NCBI GenBank assembly: GCA_032718475.1
Contig: JAUCBJ010008119.1
Span: forward strand, 1 to 55,616
DNA: 55,616 bases
Direction of reading: 5' to 3'
From: Nemertoderma westbladi
Taxonomy: Eukaryota > Animalia > Xenacoelomorpha
Positions within the stretch are counted from its first letter, which is position 1; every line of letters starts with the position of its first letter. Of this stretch, positions 23,229-37,692 are shown piece by piece. A program made the translations under genes and the position numbers. The notes under the pieces were generated by a model. That model was not told the DNA's origin. It searched no databases and saw only the letters and a program-made list of their open reading frames with translations.

Positions 23229-26200
23229 AGCTCAGCTAGGTTAGTGTACCAGTTGTATATGGAAGGAGCTCAGCTGGGTTAGTGTACCAGTTTGTGTACC
23301 AGTTGTATATGGAAGGAGCTCAGCTAGGTTAGTGTACCAGTTAGTGTACCAGTTAGTGTACCAGTTAGTGTACCAGTTGTATATGGAAGGAGCTCAGCTA
23401 GGTTAGTGTACCAGTTAGTGTACCAGTTGTATATGGAAGGAGCTCAGCTAGGTTAGTGTACCAGTTAGTGTACCAGTTAGTGTACCAGTTGTATATGGAA
23501 GGAGCTCAGCTAGGTTATTGTACCAGTTTGTGTACCAGTTGTATATGGAAGGAGCTCAGCTAGGTTAATGTACCAGTTTGTGTACCAGTTGTATATGGAA
23601 GGAGCTCAGCTAGGTTAGTGTACCAGTTAGTGTACCAGTTGTATATGGAAGGAGCTCAGCTGGGTTAGTGTACCAGTTTGTGTACCAGTTGTATATGGAA
23701 GGAGCTCAGCTAGGTTATTGTACCAGTTTGTGTACCAGTTGTATATGGAAGGAGCTCAGCTAGGTTAATGTACCAGTTTGTGTACCAGTTGTATATGGAA
23801 GGAGCTCAGCTAGGTTAGTGTACCAGTTAGTGTACCAGTTGTATATGGAAGGAGCTCAGCTGGGTTAGTGTACCAGTTTGTGTACCAGTTGTATATGGAA
23901 GGAGCTCAGCTAGGTTAGTGTACCAGTTAGTGTACCAGTTGTATATGGAAGGAGCTCAGCTAGGTTAGTGTACCAGTTAGTGTACCAGTTGTATATGGAA
24001 GGAGCTCAGCTAGGTTAGTGTACCAGTTGTATATGGAAGGAGCTCAGCTGGGTTAGTGTACCAGTTAGTGTACCAGTTATTGTACCAGTTGTATATGGAA
24101 GGAGCTCAGCTAGGTTAGTGTACCAGTTTGTGTACCAGTTGTATATGGAAGGAGCTCAGCTAGGTTATTGTACCAGTTAGTGTACCAGTTGTATATGGAA
24201 GGAGCTCAGCTAGGTTAGTGTACCAGTTAGTGTACCAGTTAGTGTACCAGTTGTATATGGAAGGAGCTCAGCTAGGTTAGTGTACCAGTTTGTGTACCAG
24301 TTGTATATGGAAGGAGCTCAGCTAGGTTATTGTACCAGTTAGTGTACCAGTTGTATATGGAAGGAGCTCAGCTAGGTTAGTGTACCAGTTGTATATGGAA
24401 GGAGCTCAGCTAGGTTAGTGTACCAGTTTGTGTACCAGTTGTATATGGAAGGAGCTCAGCTAGGTTATTGTACCAGTTAGTGTACCAGTTGTATATGGAA
24501 GGAGCTCAGCTAGGTTAGTGTACCAGTTAGTGTGCCAATTGTATATGGAAGGAGCTCAGCTAGGTTAGGAACAGGTTGTGTACCAGTTGTATATGGTAGG
24601 AGCTTAGCTAGGTTAGTGTACCAGTTAGTGTACCAGTTGTATATGGAAGGAGCTCAGCTAGGTTAGTGTACCAGTTAGTGTACCAGTTGTATATGGAAGG
24701 AGCTCAGCTGGGTGAGTGTACCAGTTAGAGAACCAGTTATATATGGAAGGAGCTCAGCTAGGTTATTGTGCCAGTTAGTGTACCAGTTGTATATGGAAGG
24801 AGCTCAGCTAGGTTAGTGTACCAGTTTGTGTACCAGTTGTATATGGAAGGAGCTCAGCTGGGTGAGTGTGCCAGTTTGTGTACCAGTTGTATATGGAAGG
24901 AGCTCAGCTAGGTTAGTGTACCAGTTTGTGTACCAGTTGTATATGGAAGGAGCTCAGCTAGGTTAGTGTACCAGTTAGTGTACCAGTTGTATATGGAAGG
25001 AGCTCAGCTAGGTTAGTGTACCAGTTAGTGTACCAGTTGTATATGGAAGGAGCTCAGCTAGGTTAGTGTACCAGTTAGTGTACCAGTTGTATATGGAAGG
25101 AGCTCAGCTAGATTAGTGTACCAGTTTGTGTACCAGTTGTATATGGAAGGAGCTCAGCTAGGTTAGTGTACCAGTTAGTGTACCAGTTGTATATGGAAGG
25201 AGCTCAGCTAGGTTAGTGTACCAGTTTGTGTACCAGTTGTATATGGAAGGAGCTTAGCTAGGTTATTGTGCCAGTTAGTGTGCCAGTTGTATATGGAAGG
25301 AGCTCAGCTAGGTTAGTGTTCCAGTTTGTGTACCAGTTGTATATGGAAGGAGCTCAGCTAGGTTAGTGTGCCAGTTTGTGTACCAGTTGTATATGGAAGG
25401 AGCTCAGCTAGGTTAGTGTACCAGTTAGTGTACCAGTTGTATATGGAAGGAGCTCAGCTGGGTGAGTGTGCCAGTTTGTGTACCAGTTGTATATGGAAGG
25501 AGCTCAGCTAGGTTAGTGTACCAGTTAGTGTACCAGTTGTATATGGAAGGAGCTCAGCTAGGTTAGTGTACCAGTTTGTGTACCAGTTGTATATGGAAGG
25601 AGCTTAGCTAGGTTATTGTGCCAGTTAGTGTGCCAGTTGTATATGGAAGGAGCTCAGCTAGGTTAGTGTGCCAGTTTGTGTACCAGTTGTATATGGAAGG
25701 AGCTCAGCTGGGTGAGTGTGCCAGTTTGTGTACCAGTTGTATATGGAAGGAGCTCAGCTAGGTTAGTGTACCAGTTGTATATGGAAGGAGCTCAGCTAGG
25801 TTAGTGTACCAGTTTGTGTACCAGTTGTATATGGATGGAACTCAGCTAGGTTATTGTGCCAGTTTGTGTACCAGTTGTATATGGAAGGAGCTCAGCTAGG
25901 TTAGTGTACCAGTTTGTGTACCAGTTGTATATGGAAGGAGCTCAGCTAGGTTAGTGTACCAGTTAGTGTACCAGTTGTATATGGAAGGAGCTCAGCTAGG
26001 TTAGTGTACCAGTTAGTGTACCAGTTGTATATGGAAGGAGCTCAGCTAGGTTAGTGTACCAGGTTGTGTACCAGTTGTATATGGAAGGAGCTCAGCTAGG
26101 TTAGTGTACCAGGTGTATATGGAAGGAGCTCAGCTAGGTTAGTGTACCAGTTAGTGTACCAGTTGTATATGGAAGGAGCTCAGCTGGGTGAGTGTACCAG

Positions 26201-29200
26201 TTAGTGTACCAGTTGTATATGGAAGGAGCTCAGCTAGGTTAGTGTACCAGGTGTATATGGTAGGAGCTTAGCTAGGTTATTGTGCCAGTTTGTGTACCAG
26301 TTGTATATGGAAGGAGCTCAGCTAGGTTAGTGTACCAGTTTGTGTACCAGTTGTATATGGAAGGAGCTCAGCTAGGTTAGTGTACCAGTTAGTGTACCAG
26401 TTGTATATGGAAGGAGCTCAGCTAGGTTAGTGTACCAGTTAGTGTACCAGTTGTATATGGAAGGAGCTCAGCTAGGTTAGTGTACCAGGTTGTGTACCAG
26501 TTGTATATGGAAGGAGCTCAGCTAGGTTAGTGTACCAGTTAGTGTACCAGTTGTATATGGAAGGAGCTCAGCTAGGTTAGTGTACCAGTTAGTGTACCAG
26601 TTGTATATGGAAGGAGCTCAGCTGGGTGAGTGTACCAGTTAGTGTACCAGTTGTATATGGAAGGAGCTCAGCTAGGTTAGTGTACCCGGTGTATATGGAA
26701 GGAGCTCAGCTAGGTTAGTGTACCAGTTAGTGTACCAGTTGTATATGGAAGGAGCTCAGCTAGGTTAGTGTACCAGGTGTATATGGAAGGAGCTCAGCTA
26801 GGTTAGTGTACCAGTTTGTGTACCAGTTGTATATGGAAGGAGCTCAGCTAGGTTAGTGTACCAGGTGTATATGGAAGGAGCTCAGCTAGGTTAGTGTACC
26901 AGTTAGTGTACCAGTTGTATATGGAAGGAGCTCAGCTAGGTTATTGTACCAGTTTGTGTACCAGTTGTATATGGAAGGAGCTCAGCTAGGTTAGTGTACC
27001 AGGTGTATATGGAAGGAGCTCAGCTAGGTTAGTGTACCAGTTAGTGTACCAGTTGTATATGGAAGGAGCTCAGCTAGGTTATTGTACCAGTTTGTGTACC
27101 AGTTGTATATGGAAGGAGCTCAGCTAGGTTAGTGTACCAGTTTGTGTACCAGTTGTATATGGAAGGAGCTCAGCTAGGTTAGTGTACCAGTTAGTGTACC
27201 AGTTGTATATGGAAGGAGCTCAGCTGGGTGAGTGTACCAGTTAGTGTACCAGTTGTATATGGAAGGAGCTCAGCTAGGTTAGTGTACCAGGTGTATATGG
27301 AAGGAGCTCAGCTAGGTTAGTGTACCAGTTATTGTACCAGTTGTATATGGAAGGAGCTCAGCTAGGTTAGTGTACCAGGTGTATATGGAAGGAGCTCAGC
27401 TAGGTTAGTGTACCAGTTTGTGTACCAGTTGTATATGGAAGGAGCTCAGCTAGGTTAGTGTACCAGGTGTATATGGAAGGAGCTCAGCTAGGTTAGTGTA
27501 CCAGTTAGTGTACCAGTTGTATATGGAAGGAGCTCAGCTAGGTTAGTGTACCAGGTGTATATGGAAGGAGCTCAGCTAGGTTAGTGTACCAGTTTGTGTA
27601 CCAGTTGTATATGGAAGGAGCTCAGCTAGGTTAGTGTACCAGGTGTATATGGAAGGAGCTCAGCTAGGTTAGTGTACCAGTTTGTGTACCAGTTGTATAT
27701 GGAAGGAGCTCAGCTAGGTTAGTGTACCAGGTGTATATGGAAGGAGCTCAGCTAGGTTAGTGTACCAGTTTGTGTACCAGTTGTATATGGAAGGAGCTCA
27801 GCTAGGTTAGTGTACCAGGTGTATATGGAAGGAGCTCAGCTAGGTTATTGTACAAGTTAGTGTACCAGTTGTATATGGAAGGAGCTCAGCTAGGTTAGTG
27901 TACCAGTTGTATATGGAAGGAGCTCAGCTAGGTTAGTGTACCAGTTTGTGTACCAGTTGTATATGGAAGGAGCTCAGCTAGGTTAGTGTACCAGGTGTAT
28001 ATGGAAGGAGCTCAGCTAGGTTAGTGTACCAGTTAGTGTACCAGTTGTATATGGAAGGAGCTCAGCTAGGTTATTGTACCAGTTTGTGTACCAGTTGTAT
28101 ATGGAAGGAGCTCAGCTAGGTTAGTGTACCAGGTTGTATATGGAAGGAGCTCAGCTAGGTTAGTGTACCAGTTAGTGTACCAGTTGTATATGGAAGGAGC
28201 TCAGCTAGGTTATTGTACCAGTTTGTGTACCAGTTGTATATGGAAGGAGCTCAGCTAGGTTAGTGTACCAGTTTGTGTACCAGTTGTATATGGAAGGAGC
28301 TCAGCTAGGTTAGTGTACCAGTTAGTGTGCCAGTTGTATATGGAAGGAGCTCAGCTAGGTTATTGTACCAGTTTGTGTACCAGTTGTATATGGAAGGAGC
28401 TCAGCTAGGTTAGTGTACCAGGTTGTGTACCAGTTGTATATGGAAGGAGCTCAGCTAGGTTAGTGTACCAGGTTGTGTACCAGTTGTATATGGAAGGAGC
28501 TCAGCTAGGTTAGTGTACCAGTTTGTGTACCAGTTGTATATGGAAGGAGCTCAGCTAGGTTAGTGTACCAGTTTGTGTACCAGTTGTATATGGAAGGAGC
28601 TCAGCTAGGTTAGTGTACCAGGTTGTATATGGAAGGAGCTCAGCTAGGTTAGTGTACCAGTTTGTGTACCAGTTGTATATGGAAGGAGCTCAGCTAGGTT
28701 AGTGTACCAGGTTGTGTACCAGTTGTATATGGAAGGAGCTCAGCTAGGTTAGTGTACCAGTTAGTGTACCAGTTGTATATGGAAGGAGCTCAGCTAGGTT
28801 AGTGTACCAGTTGTATATGGAAGGAGCTCAGCTAGGTTAGTGTACCAGTTGTATATGGAAGGAGCTCAGCTAGGTTAGTGTACCAGTTTGTGTACCAGTT
28901 GTATATGGAAGGAGCTCAGCTAGGTTAGTGTACCAGGTTGTGTACCAGTTGTATATGGAAGGAGCTCAGCTAGGTTAGTGTACCAGTTAGTGTACCAGTT
29001 GTATATGGAAGGAGCTCAGCTAGGTTAGTGTACCAGTTTGTGTACCAGTTGTATATGGAAGGAGCTCAGCTAGGTTAGTGTACCAGTTTGTGTACCAGTT
29101 GTATATGGAAGGAGCTCAGCTAGGTTAGTGTACCAGTTGTGTACCAGTTGTATATGGAAGGAGCTCAGCTAGGTTAGTGTACCAGTTTGTGTACCAGTTG

Positions 29201-32200
29201 TATATGGAAGGAGCTCAGCTAGGTTAGTGTACCAGTTTGTGTACCAGTTGTATATGGAAGGAGCTCAGCTAGGTTAGTGTACCAGTTTGTGTACCAGTTG
29301 TATATGGAAGGAGCTCAGCTAGGTTAGTGTACCAGGTTGTGTACCAGTTGTATATGGAAGGAGCTCAGCTAGGTTAGTGTACCAGTTTGTGTACCAGTTG
29401 TATATGGAAGGAGCTCAGCTAGGTTAGTGTACCAGTTTGTGTACCAGTTGTATATGGAAGGAGCTCAGCTAGGTTAGTGTACCAGTTAGTGTACCAGTTG
29501 TATATGGAAGGAGCTCAGCTAGGTTATTGTACCAGTTTGTGTACCAGTTGTATATGGAAGGAGCTCAGCTAGTGTACCAGTTAGTGTACCAGTTGTATAT
29601 GGAAGGAGCTCAGCTAGGTTAGTGTACCAGTTTGTGTACCAGTTGTATATGGAAGGAGCTCAGCTAGGTTAGTGTACCAGTTTGTGTACCAGTTGTATAT
29701 GGAAGGAGCTCAGCTAGGTTAGTGTACCAGGTTGTGTACCAGTTGTATATGGAAGGAGCTCAGCTAGGTTAGTGTACCAGTTGTATATGGAAGGAGCTCA
29801 GCTAGGTTAGTGTACCAGTTTGTGTACCAGTTGTATATGGAAGGAGCTCAGCTAGGTTATTGTACCAGTTTGTGTACCAGTTGTATATGGAAGGAGCTCA
29901 GCTAGTGTACCAGTTAGTGTACCAGTTGTATATGGAAGGAGCTCAGCTAGGTTAGTGTACCAGTTTGTGTACCAGTTGTATATGGAAGGAGCTCAGCTAG
30001 GTTAGTGTACCAGTTAGTGTACCAGTTGTATATGGAAGGAGCTCAGCTAGGTTATTGTACCAGTTTGTGTACCAGTTGTATATGGAAGGAGCTCAGCTAG
30101 TGTACCAGTTAGTGTACCAGTTGTATATGGAAGGAGCTCAGCTAGGTTAGTGTACCAGTTTGTGTACCAGTTGTATATGGAAGGAGCTCAGCTAGGTTAG
30201 TGTACCTGTTTGTGTACCAGTTGTATATGGAAGGAGCTCAGCTAGTGTACCAGTTAGTGTACCAGTTGTATATGGAAGGAGCTCAGCTAGGTTAGTGTAC
30301 CAGTTTGTGTACCAGTTGTATATGGAAGGAGCTCAGCTAGGTTAGTGTACCTGTTTGTGTACCAGTTGTATATGGAAGGAGCTCAGCTAGTGTACCAGTT
30401 AGTGTACCAGTTGTATATGGAAGGAGCTCAGCTAGGTTAGTGTACCAGTTTGTGTACCAGTTGTATATGGAAGGAGCTCAGCTAGGTTAGTGTACCTGTT
30501 TGTGTACCAGTTGTATATGGAAGGAGCTCAGCTAGTGTACCAGTTAGTGTACCAGTTGTATATGGAAGGAGCTCAGCTAGGTTAGTGTACCAGTTAGTGT
30601 GCCAGTTGTATATGGAAGGAGCTCAGCTAGGTTAGTGTACCAGTTTGTGTACCAGTTGTATATGGAAGGAGCTCAGCTAGTGTACCAGTTAGTGTACCAG
30701 TTGTATATGGAAGGAGCTCAGCTAGGTTAGTGTACCAGTTTGTGTACCAGTTGTATATGGAAGGAGCTCAGCTAGGTTAGTGTACCTGTTTGTGTACCAG
30801 TTGTATATGGAAGGAGCTCAGCTAGGTTAGTGTACCAGTTAGTGTACCAGTTGTATATGGAAGGAGCTCAGCTAGGTTAGTGTACCTGTTTGTGTACCAG
30901 TTGTATATGGAAGGAGCTCAGCTAGTGTACCAGTTAGTGTACCAGTTGTATATGGAAGGAGCTCAGCTAGGTTAGTGTACCAGTTGTATATGGAAGGAGC
31001 TCAGCTAGGTTAGTGTACCAGTTTGTGTACCAGTTGTATATGGAAGGAGCTCAGCTAGGTTAGTGTACCTGTTTGTGTACCAGTTGTATATGGAAGGAGC
31101 TCAGCTAGTGTACCAGTTAGTGTACCAGTTGTATATGGAAGGAGCTCAGCTAGGTTAGTGTACCAGTTAGTGTGCCAGTTGTATATGGAAGGAGCTCAGC
31201 TAGGTTATTGTACCAGTTTGTGTACCAGTTGTATATGGAAGGAGCTCAGCTAGTGTACCAGTTAGTGTACCAGTTGTATATGGAAGGAGCTCAGCTAGGT
31301 TAGTGTACCAGTTTGTGTACCAGTTGTATATGGAAGGAGCTCAGCTAGGTTAGTGTACCTGTTTGTGTACCAGTTGTATATGGAAGGAGCTCAGCTAGGT
31401 TAGTGTACCAGTTAGTGTACCAGTTGTATATGGAAGGAGCTCAGCTAGGTTAGTGTACCAGGTTGTGTACCAGTTGTATATGGAAGGAGCTCAGCTAGGT
31501 TAGTGTACCAGTTAGTGTACCAGTTGTATATGGAAGGAGCTCAGCTAGGTTAGTGTACCAGTTTGTGTACCAGTTGTATATGGAAGGAGCTCAGCTAGGT
31601 TAGTGTACCAGTTTGTGTACCAGTTGTATATGGAAGGAGCTCTGCTAGGTTAGTGTACCGGTTGTATATGGAAGGAGCTCAGCTAGGTTAGTGTACCAGT
31701 TTGTGTACCAGTTGTATATGGAAGGAGCTCAGCTAGGTTAGTGTACCAGGTTGTGTACCAGTTGTATATGGAAGGAGCTCAGCTAGGTTAGTGTACCAGT
31801 TAGTGTACCAGTTGTATATGGAAGGAGCTCAGCTAGGTTAGTGTACCAGTTGTATATGGAAGGAGCTCAGCTAGGTTAGTGTACCAGGTTGTGTACCAGT
31901 TGTATATGGAAGGAGCTCAGCTAGGTTAGTGTACCAGTTAGTGTACCAGTTGTATATGGAAGGAGCTCAGCTAGGTTAGTGTACCAGTTGTATATGGAAG
32001 GAGCTCAGCTAGGTTAGTGTACCAGTTGTATATGGAAGGAGCTCAGCTAGGTTTGTGTACCAGTTGTATATGGAAGGAGCTCAGCTAGGTTAGTGTACCA
32101 GGTTGTGTACCAGTTGTATATGGAAGGAGCTCAGCTAGGTTAGTGTACCAGTTAGTGTACCAGTTGTATATGGAAGGAGCTCAGCTAGGTTATTGTACCA

Positions 32201-35160
32201 GTTAGTGTACCAGTTGTATATGGAAGGAGCTCAGCTAGGTTAGTGTACCAGTTGTATATGGAAGGAGCTCAGCTAGGTTAGTGTACCAGTTGTATATGGA
32301 AGGAGCTCAGCTAGGTTAGTGTACCAGTTTGTGTACCAGTTGTATATGGAAGGAGCTCAGCTAGGTTAGTGTACCAGGTTGTGTACCAGTTGTATATGGA
32401 AGGAGCTCAGCTAGGTTAGTGTACCAGTTAGTGTACCAGTTGTATATGGAAGGAGCTCAGCTAGGTTAGTGTACCAGGTTGTGTACCAGTTGTATATGGA
32501 AGGAGCTCAGCTAGGTTAGTGTACCAGTTTGTGTACCAGTTGTATATGGAAGGAGCTCAGCTAGGTTAGTGTACCAGTTTGTGTACCAGTTGTATATGGA
32601 AGGAGCTCAGCTAGGTTAGTGTACCAGTTAGTGTGCCAGTTGTATATGGAAGGAGCTCAGCTAGGTTATTGTACCAGTTTGTGTACCAGTTGTATATGGA
32701 AGGAGCTCAGCTAGTGTACCAGTTAGTGTACCAGTTGTATATGGAAGGAGCTCAGCTAGGTTAGTGTACCAGTTTGTGTACCAGTTGTATATGGAAGGAG
32801 CTCAGCTAGGTTAGTGTACCAGTTAGTGTACCAGTTGTATATGGAAGGAGCTCTGCTAGGTTAGTGTACCAGTTGTATATGGAAGGAGCTCAGCTAGGTT
32901 ATTGTACCAGTTAGTGTACCAGTTGTATATGGAAGGAGCTCAGCTAGGTTAGTGTACCAGTTTGTGTACCAGTTGTATATGGAAGGAGCTCAGCTAGGTT
33001 ATTGTACCAGTTAGTGTACCAGTTGTATATGGAAGGAGCTCAGCTAGGTTAGTGTACCAGGTGTATATGGAAGGAGCTCAGCTAGGTTAGTGTACCAGTT
33101 AGTGTACCAGTTGTATATGGAAGGAGCTCAGCTAGGTTATTGTACCAGTTTGTGTACGAGTTGTATATGGAAGGAGCTCAGCTAGGTTAGTGTACCAGTT
33201 AGTGTACCAGTTGTATATGGAAGGAGCTCAGCTGGGTGACTGTACCAGTTAGTGTACCAGTTGTATATGGAAGGAGCTCAGCTAGGTTAGTGTACCAGGT
33301 GTATATGGAAGGAGCTCAGCTAGGTTAGTGTACCAGTTAGTGTACCAGTTGTATATGGAAGGAGCTCAGCTAGGTTAGTGTACCAGTTTGTGTACCAGTT
33401 GTATATGGAAGGAGCTCAGCTAGGTTAGTGTACCAGTTTGTGTACCAGTTGTATATGGAAGGAGCTCAGCTAGGTTAGTGTACCAGTTTGTGTACCAGTT
33501 GTATATGGAAGGAGCTCTGCTAGGTTAGTGTACCAGTTGTATATGGAAGGAGCTCAGCTAGGTTATTGTACCAGTTTGTGTACCAGTTGTATATGGAAGG
33601 AGCTCAGCTAGGTTAGTGTACCAGGTGTATATGGAAGGAGCTCAGCTAGGTTAGTGTACCAGTTTGTGTACCAGTTGTATATGGAAGGAGCTCAGCTAGG
33701 TTAGTGTACCAGTTTGTGTACCAGTTGTATATGGTAGGAGCTTAGCTAGGTTAGTGTACCAGTTAGTGTACCAGTTGTATATGGAAGGAGCTCAGCTAGG
33801 TTAGTGTACCAGTTTGTGTACCAGTTGTATATGGAAGGAGCTCAGCTAGGTTAGTGTACCAGTTTGTGTACCAGTTGTATATGGAAGGAGCTCAGCTAGG
33901 TTAGTGTACCAGTTAGTGTACCAGTTGTATATGGAAGGAGCTCAGCTATGTTAGTGTACCAGTTTGTGTACCAGTTGTATATGGAAGGAGCTCAGCTAGG
34001 TTAGTGTACCAGTTTGTGTACCTGTTGTATATGGAAGGACTCAGCTAGGTGAGTGTACCAGTTAGTGTACCAGATGTATATGGAAGGAGCTCAGCTAGGT
34101 TAGTGTACCAGTTGTATATGGAAGGAGCTCAGCTAGTGTACCAGTTTGTGTACCAGTTGTATATTGAAGGAGCTCAGCTAGTGTACCAGTTAGTGTACCT
34201 GTTGTATATGGAAGGAGCTCAGCTAGGTTAGTGTACCAGGTTGTGTACCAGTTGTATATGGAAGGAGCTCATCTAGGTTAGTGTACCAGTTTGTGTACCA
34301 GTTGTATATGGAAGGAGCTCAGCTAGGTTAGTGTACCAGTTAGTGTACCAGTTGTATATGGAAGGAGCTCAGCTAGGTTAGTGTACCAGTTTGTGTACCA
34401 GTTGTATATGGAAGGACTCAGCTAGGTGAGTGTACCAGTTAGTGTACCAGTTGTATATGGAAGGAGCTCAGCTAGGTTAGTGTACCAGTTAGTGTACCAG
34501 TTGTATATGGAAGGAGCTCAGCTATGTTAGTGTACCAGTTTGTGTACCAGTTGTATATGGAAGGAGCTCAGCTAGGTTAGTGTACCAGTTTGTGTACCTG
34601 TTGTATATGGAAGGACTCAGCTAGGTGAGTGTACCAGTTAGTGTACCAGATGTATATGGAAGGAGCTCAGCTAGGTTAGTGTACCAGTTGTATATGGAAG
34701 GAGCTCAGCTAGGTTAGTGTACCAGTTTGTGTACCGGTTGTATATGGAAGGAGCTCAGCTAGGTTAGTGTACCAGTTAGTGTACCAGTTGTATATGGTAG
34801 GAGCTTAGCTAGGTTAGTGTACCAGTTTGTGTACCAGTTGTATATGGAAGGAGCTCAGCTAGGTTAGTGTTCCAGTTAGTGTACCAGGTTGTGTACCAGT
34901 TGTATATTGAAGGAGCTCAGCTAGTGTACCAGTTAGTGTACCAGTTGTATATGGAAGGAGCTCAGCTAGGTTAGTGTACCAGTTAGTGTACCAGTTAGTG
35001 TACCAGTTAGTGTACCAGTTAGTGTACCAGTTAGTGTACCAGTTAGTGTACCAGTTGTATATGGAAGGAGCTCAGCTAGGTTAGTGTACCAGTTAGTGTA
35101 CCAGTTAGTGTACCAGTTAGTGTACCAGTTGTATATGGAAGGAGCTCAGCTAGGTTAGTC
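23229..35160. repeat. Minisatellite array, right arm (same 51/39-bp unit), with 12-bp subunit expansions near both ends
   Basis: Directly visible; up to about 7 consecutive TTAGTGTACCAG subunits near 34970-35052; decays by ~35190. Confidence 0.99.
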
Positions 35161-35277
35161 TCCCAGTTATAGTTGACCAGTTGTATATAAACTATTAACT
35201 ATGTGAGTGTACTCATGAACCGTAATATTCATTCAACTATTTATCCAACTCCTTTATGGTCTACTTACTTCCTTCAG

Positions 35278-35446
35278 GTAACATCGATTCCGCCAGCGCT
35301 TTGGGTACTGGTTACAGGTTCGGTTTGGGATTGGTTCCCAGAGACGTTGTCATGGCGGTTTCATGGTTGCGGTGGGTCTCAGAAATGAATGTGGAGGGAG
35401 GTTTAGTGCTGCGGGAAGGCTTGGACGCTTACATGGCTAAGAAGTG
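35278..35446 (+). CDS. SEL1L3: SEL1L3-like exon (GNIDSASALGTGYRFGLGLVPRDVVMAVSWLRWVSEMNVEGGLVLREGLDAYMAKKW)
   Basis: ttcag acceptor and gtgagt donor; resembles the recalled vertebrate SEL1L3 segment [33 protein letters not shown]; phase matches the next exon. Confidence 0.85.
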
Positions 35447-35814
35447 GTGAGTCATACGATGATAACATATGTCATGCTTTGCATGATATTGCTTTGGCCA
35501 TGATGAGGACCAGCCATTGTATAATCGTGTACTTTGTCGGCCTCATGGAGTGAATAAGCATGGTGGACAGCCCATGACTTTCTTTAGACGCATCTTAAAG
35601 GACACTGGCCTTGAAGATGCGGATGATCTAGCAAATGTCAGGGGCGCAATTTTCTCGACAAGACGTCACAGCATTCTCAATATTATGTAATATAATGCAG
35701 TTGCATTGCAGCATGCCTATAGTATAGTAGACCTAGACATGTTCATATAATAACTATTAAATTGTACCTAATAATTTCAACGAAACATGCACCTCCAATA
35801 TTTAAATAACATCA

Positions 35815-36642
35815 GTGTTACAACATTCGTTATGTACAGCTTTATCCTAGGTGTTACAACATTCGTTATGTACAGCTTTATCCTAGGTGTTACAACATTC
35901 GTTATGTACAGCTTTATCCTAGGTGTTACAACATTCGTTATGTACAGCTTTATCCTAGGTGTTACAACATTCGTTATGTACAGCTTTATCCTAGGTGTTA
36001 CAACATTCGTTATGTACTGTTTTATCCTAGGTGTTACAACATTCGTTATGTACAGCTTTATCCTAGGTGTTACAACATTCGTTATGTACAGCTTTATCCT
36101 AGGTGTTACAACATTCGTTATGTACAGCTTTATCCTAGGTGTTACAACATTCGTTATGTACAGCTTTATCCTAGGTGTTACAACATTCGTTATGTACAGC
36201 TTTATCCTAGGTGTTACAACATTCGTTATGTACAGCTTTATCCTAGGTGTTACAACATTTGTTATGTACAGCTTTATCCTAGGTGTTACAACATTCGTTA
36301 TGTACAGCTTTATCCTAGGTGTTACAACATTCGTTATGTACAGCTTTATCCTAGGTGTTACAACATTCGTTATGTACAGCTTTATCCTAGGTGTTACAAC
36401 ATTCGTTATGTACAGCTTTATCCTAGGTGTTACAACATTCGTTATGTACAGCTTTATCCTAGGTGTTACAACACTCGTTATGTACAGCTTTATCCTAGGT
36501 GTTACAACATTCGTTATGTACAGCTTTATCCTAGGTGTTACAACATTCGTTATGTACAGCTTTATCCTAGGTGTTACAACATTCGTTATGTACAGCTTTA
36601 TCCTAGGTGTTACAACATTCGTTATGTACAGCTTTATCCTAG
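35815..36642. repeat. Intronic 36-bp minisatellite, 23 copies (GTGTTACAACATTCGTTATGTACAGCTTTATCCTAG)
   Basis: 828 bp = 23 x 36, nearly perfect copies. Confidence 0.98.
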
Positions 36643-36822
36643 TAAAGCATAATTCACAATGTAACATTTAGTGACTGTCGCCTTAGGAACACCAGTTCTG
36701 TGCTGTTGGTTATACTCTTTCAACTCATTTTGAGCATTGTTGTTGTTATCATTGCATTACCTTTTTGTAACTGTTATTGTTATTATTAATATAATAATTG
36801 TATTTGTTGTTCCATTCTTCAG

Positions 36823-36913
36823 GCCTCAGGCGCTGATGTATTACATGATGGCAGCCGAGACAGGCATAGAAGTTGGGGCCTTTAACATGGCGTATCTCTG
36901 CGAAACCAATCAC
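36823..36913 (+). CDS. SEL1L3: SEL1L3-like exon ([30 protein letters not shown])
   Basis: ttcag/gtatgt boundaries; AAETGIEV matches the recalled SEL1L3 segment [22 protein letters not shown]. Confidence 0.9.
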
Positions 36914-37311
36914 GTATGTATCAATAGCAACGGTAATAACTATAATGAGGGAAAATTATTACTAACCCAAGTATTAATTGCGGTATTAATTTAAATCAGT
37001 TTATCCATAACTTTATTATAATATTAACATAGAAGACGCAATTTGTAATTAATGGGAAGTCGCTGTAAAATAATTGAAATTGAAACAATTCAATGCTAGT
37101 CTATGCTATATAGGTTAATAGTTAAACAATGAGACAGCACCGCAGTTAGCTTATAGCCTATTAATTGTGGTACCGGTACCATATTTTACTAGGTAATGCA
37201 AGAAGCCTCCTGTTATTATATGCAGTATGAGCCATTATGTTTAAATTTCATAGCAAGTTATTCTCAAATAATAAATTGTTTCCATTTTTTATTGATTTAT
37301 TGTTTTTTTAG

Positions 37312-37518
37312 AATTTAATCGCTTCAACCAATATAGTGAAGGACTGTGTGTGGAACTATTACAACCAATCAGTGCATGCCACGTGGCCCCACTCGTATGC
37401 CCAAGTTAAGATGGGCGACTGCTATTGGATGTCTCTATCTCCAGGCTGCCAATCGGAAAGAAGCTCCACTATTGCTGCTGCATTGTACCACAAGGCGGCG
37501 CTGCAAAATAATTCGCGG
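37312..37518 (+). CDS. SEL1L3: SEL1L3-like exon (NLIASTNIVKDCVWNYYNQSV...YAQVKMGDCYW...AALYHKAALQNNSR)
   Basis: tttag/gtgaga boundaries, 207 nt, phase 0; matches SEL1L3 CVWRYYNFSV...AYLKMGD. Confidence 0.9.
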
Positions 37519-37692
37519 GTGAGATTAACTTATCTGTATGGTGGGTAACCATGCCAACCGATTGGATAAGCAAAGTTGTCACAATTTTGAAATTTACACT
37601 TTTTTTTATTTTTTTATAAATTTTAAATTACATCCCTACTATTATATTAATGATATTTACATTTCACTTTTGAGAATTTCTTAAATTTTCAG

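Noticed and set aside
1-35160. Minisatellite as a CRISPR array or telomeric repeat (contains TAGGTTAG)
   Set aside because: No unique spacers, no cas genes, eukaryotic context, and no tandem TTAGG runs
35777-36671. 296-aa and 294-aa ORFs on opposite strands
   Set aside because: Translations of a stop-free 36-bp intronic repeat; the flanking exons splice in phase without it
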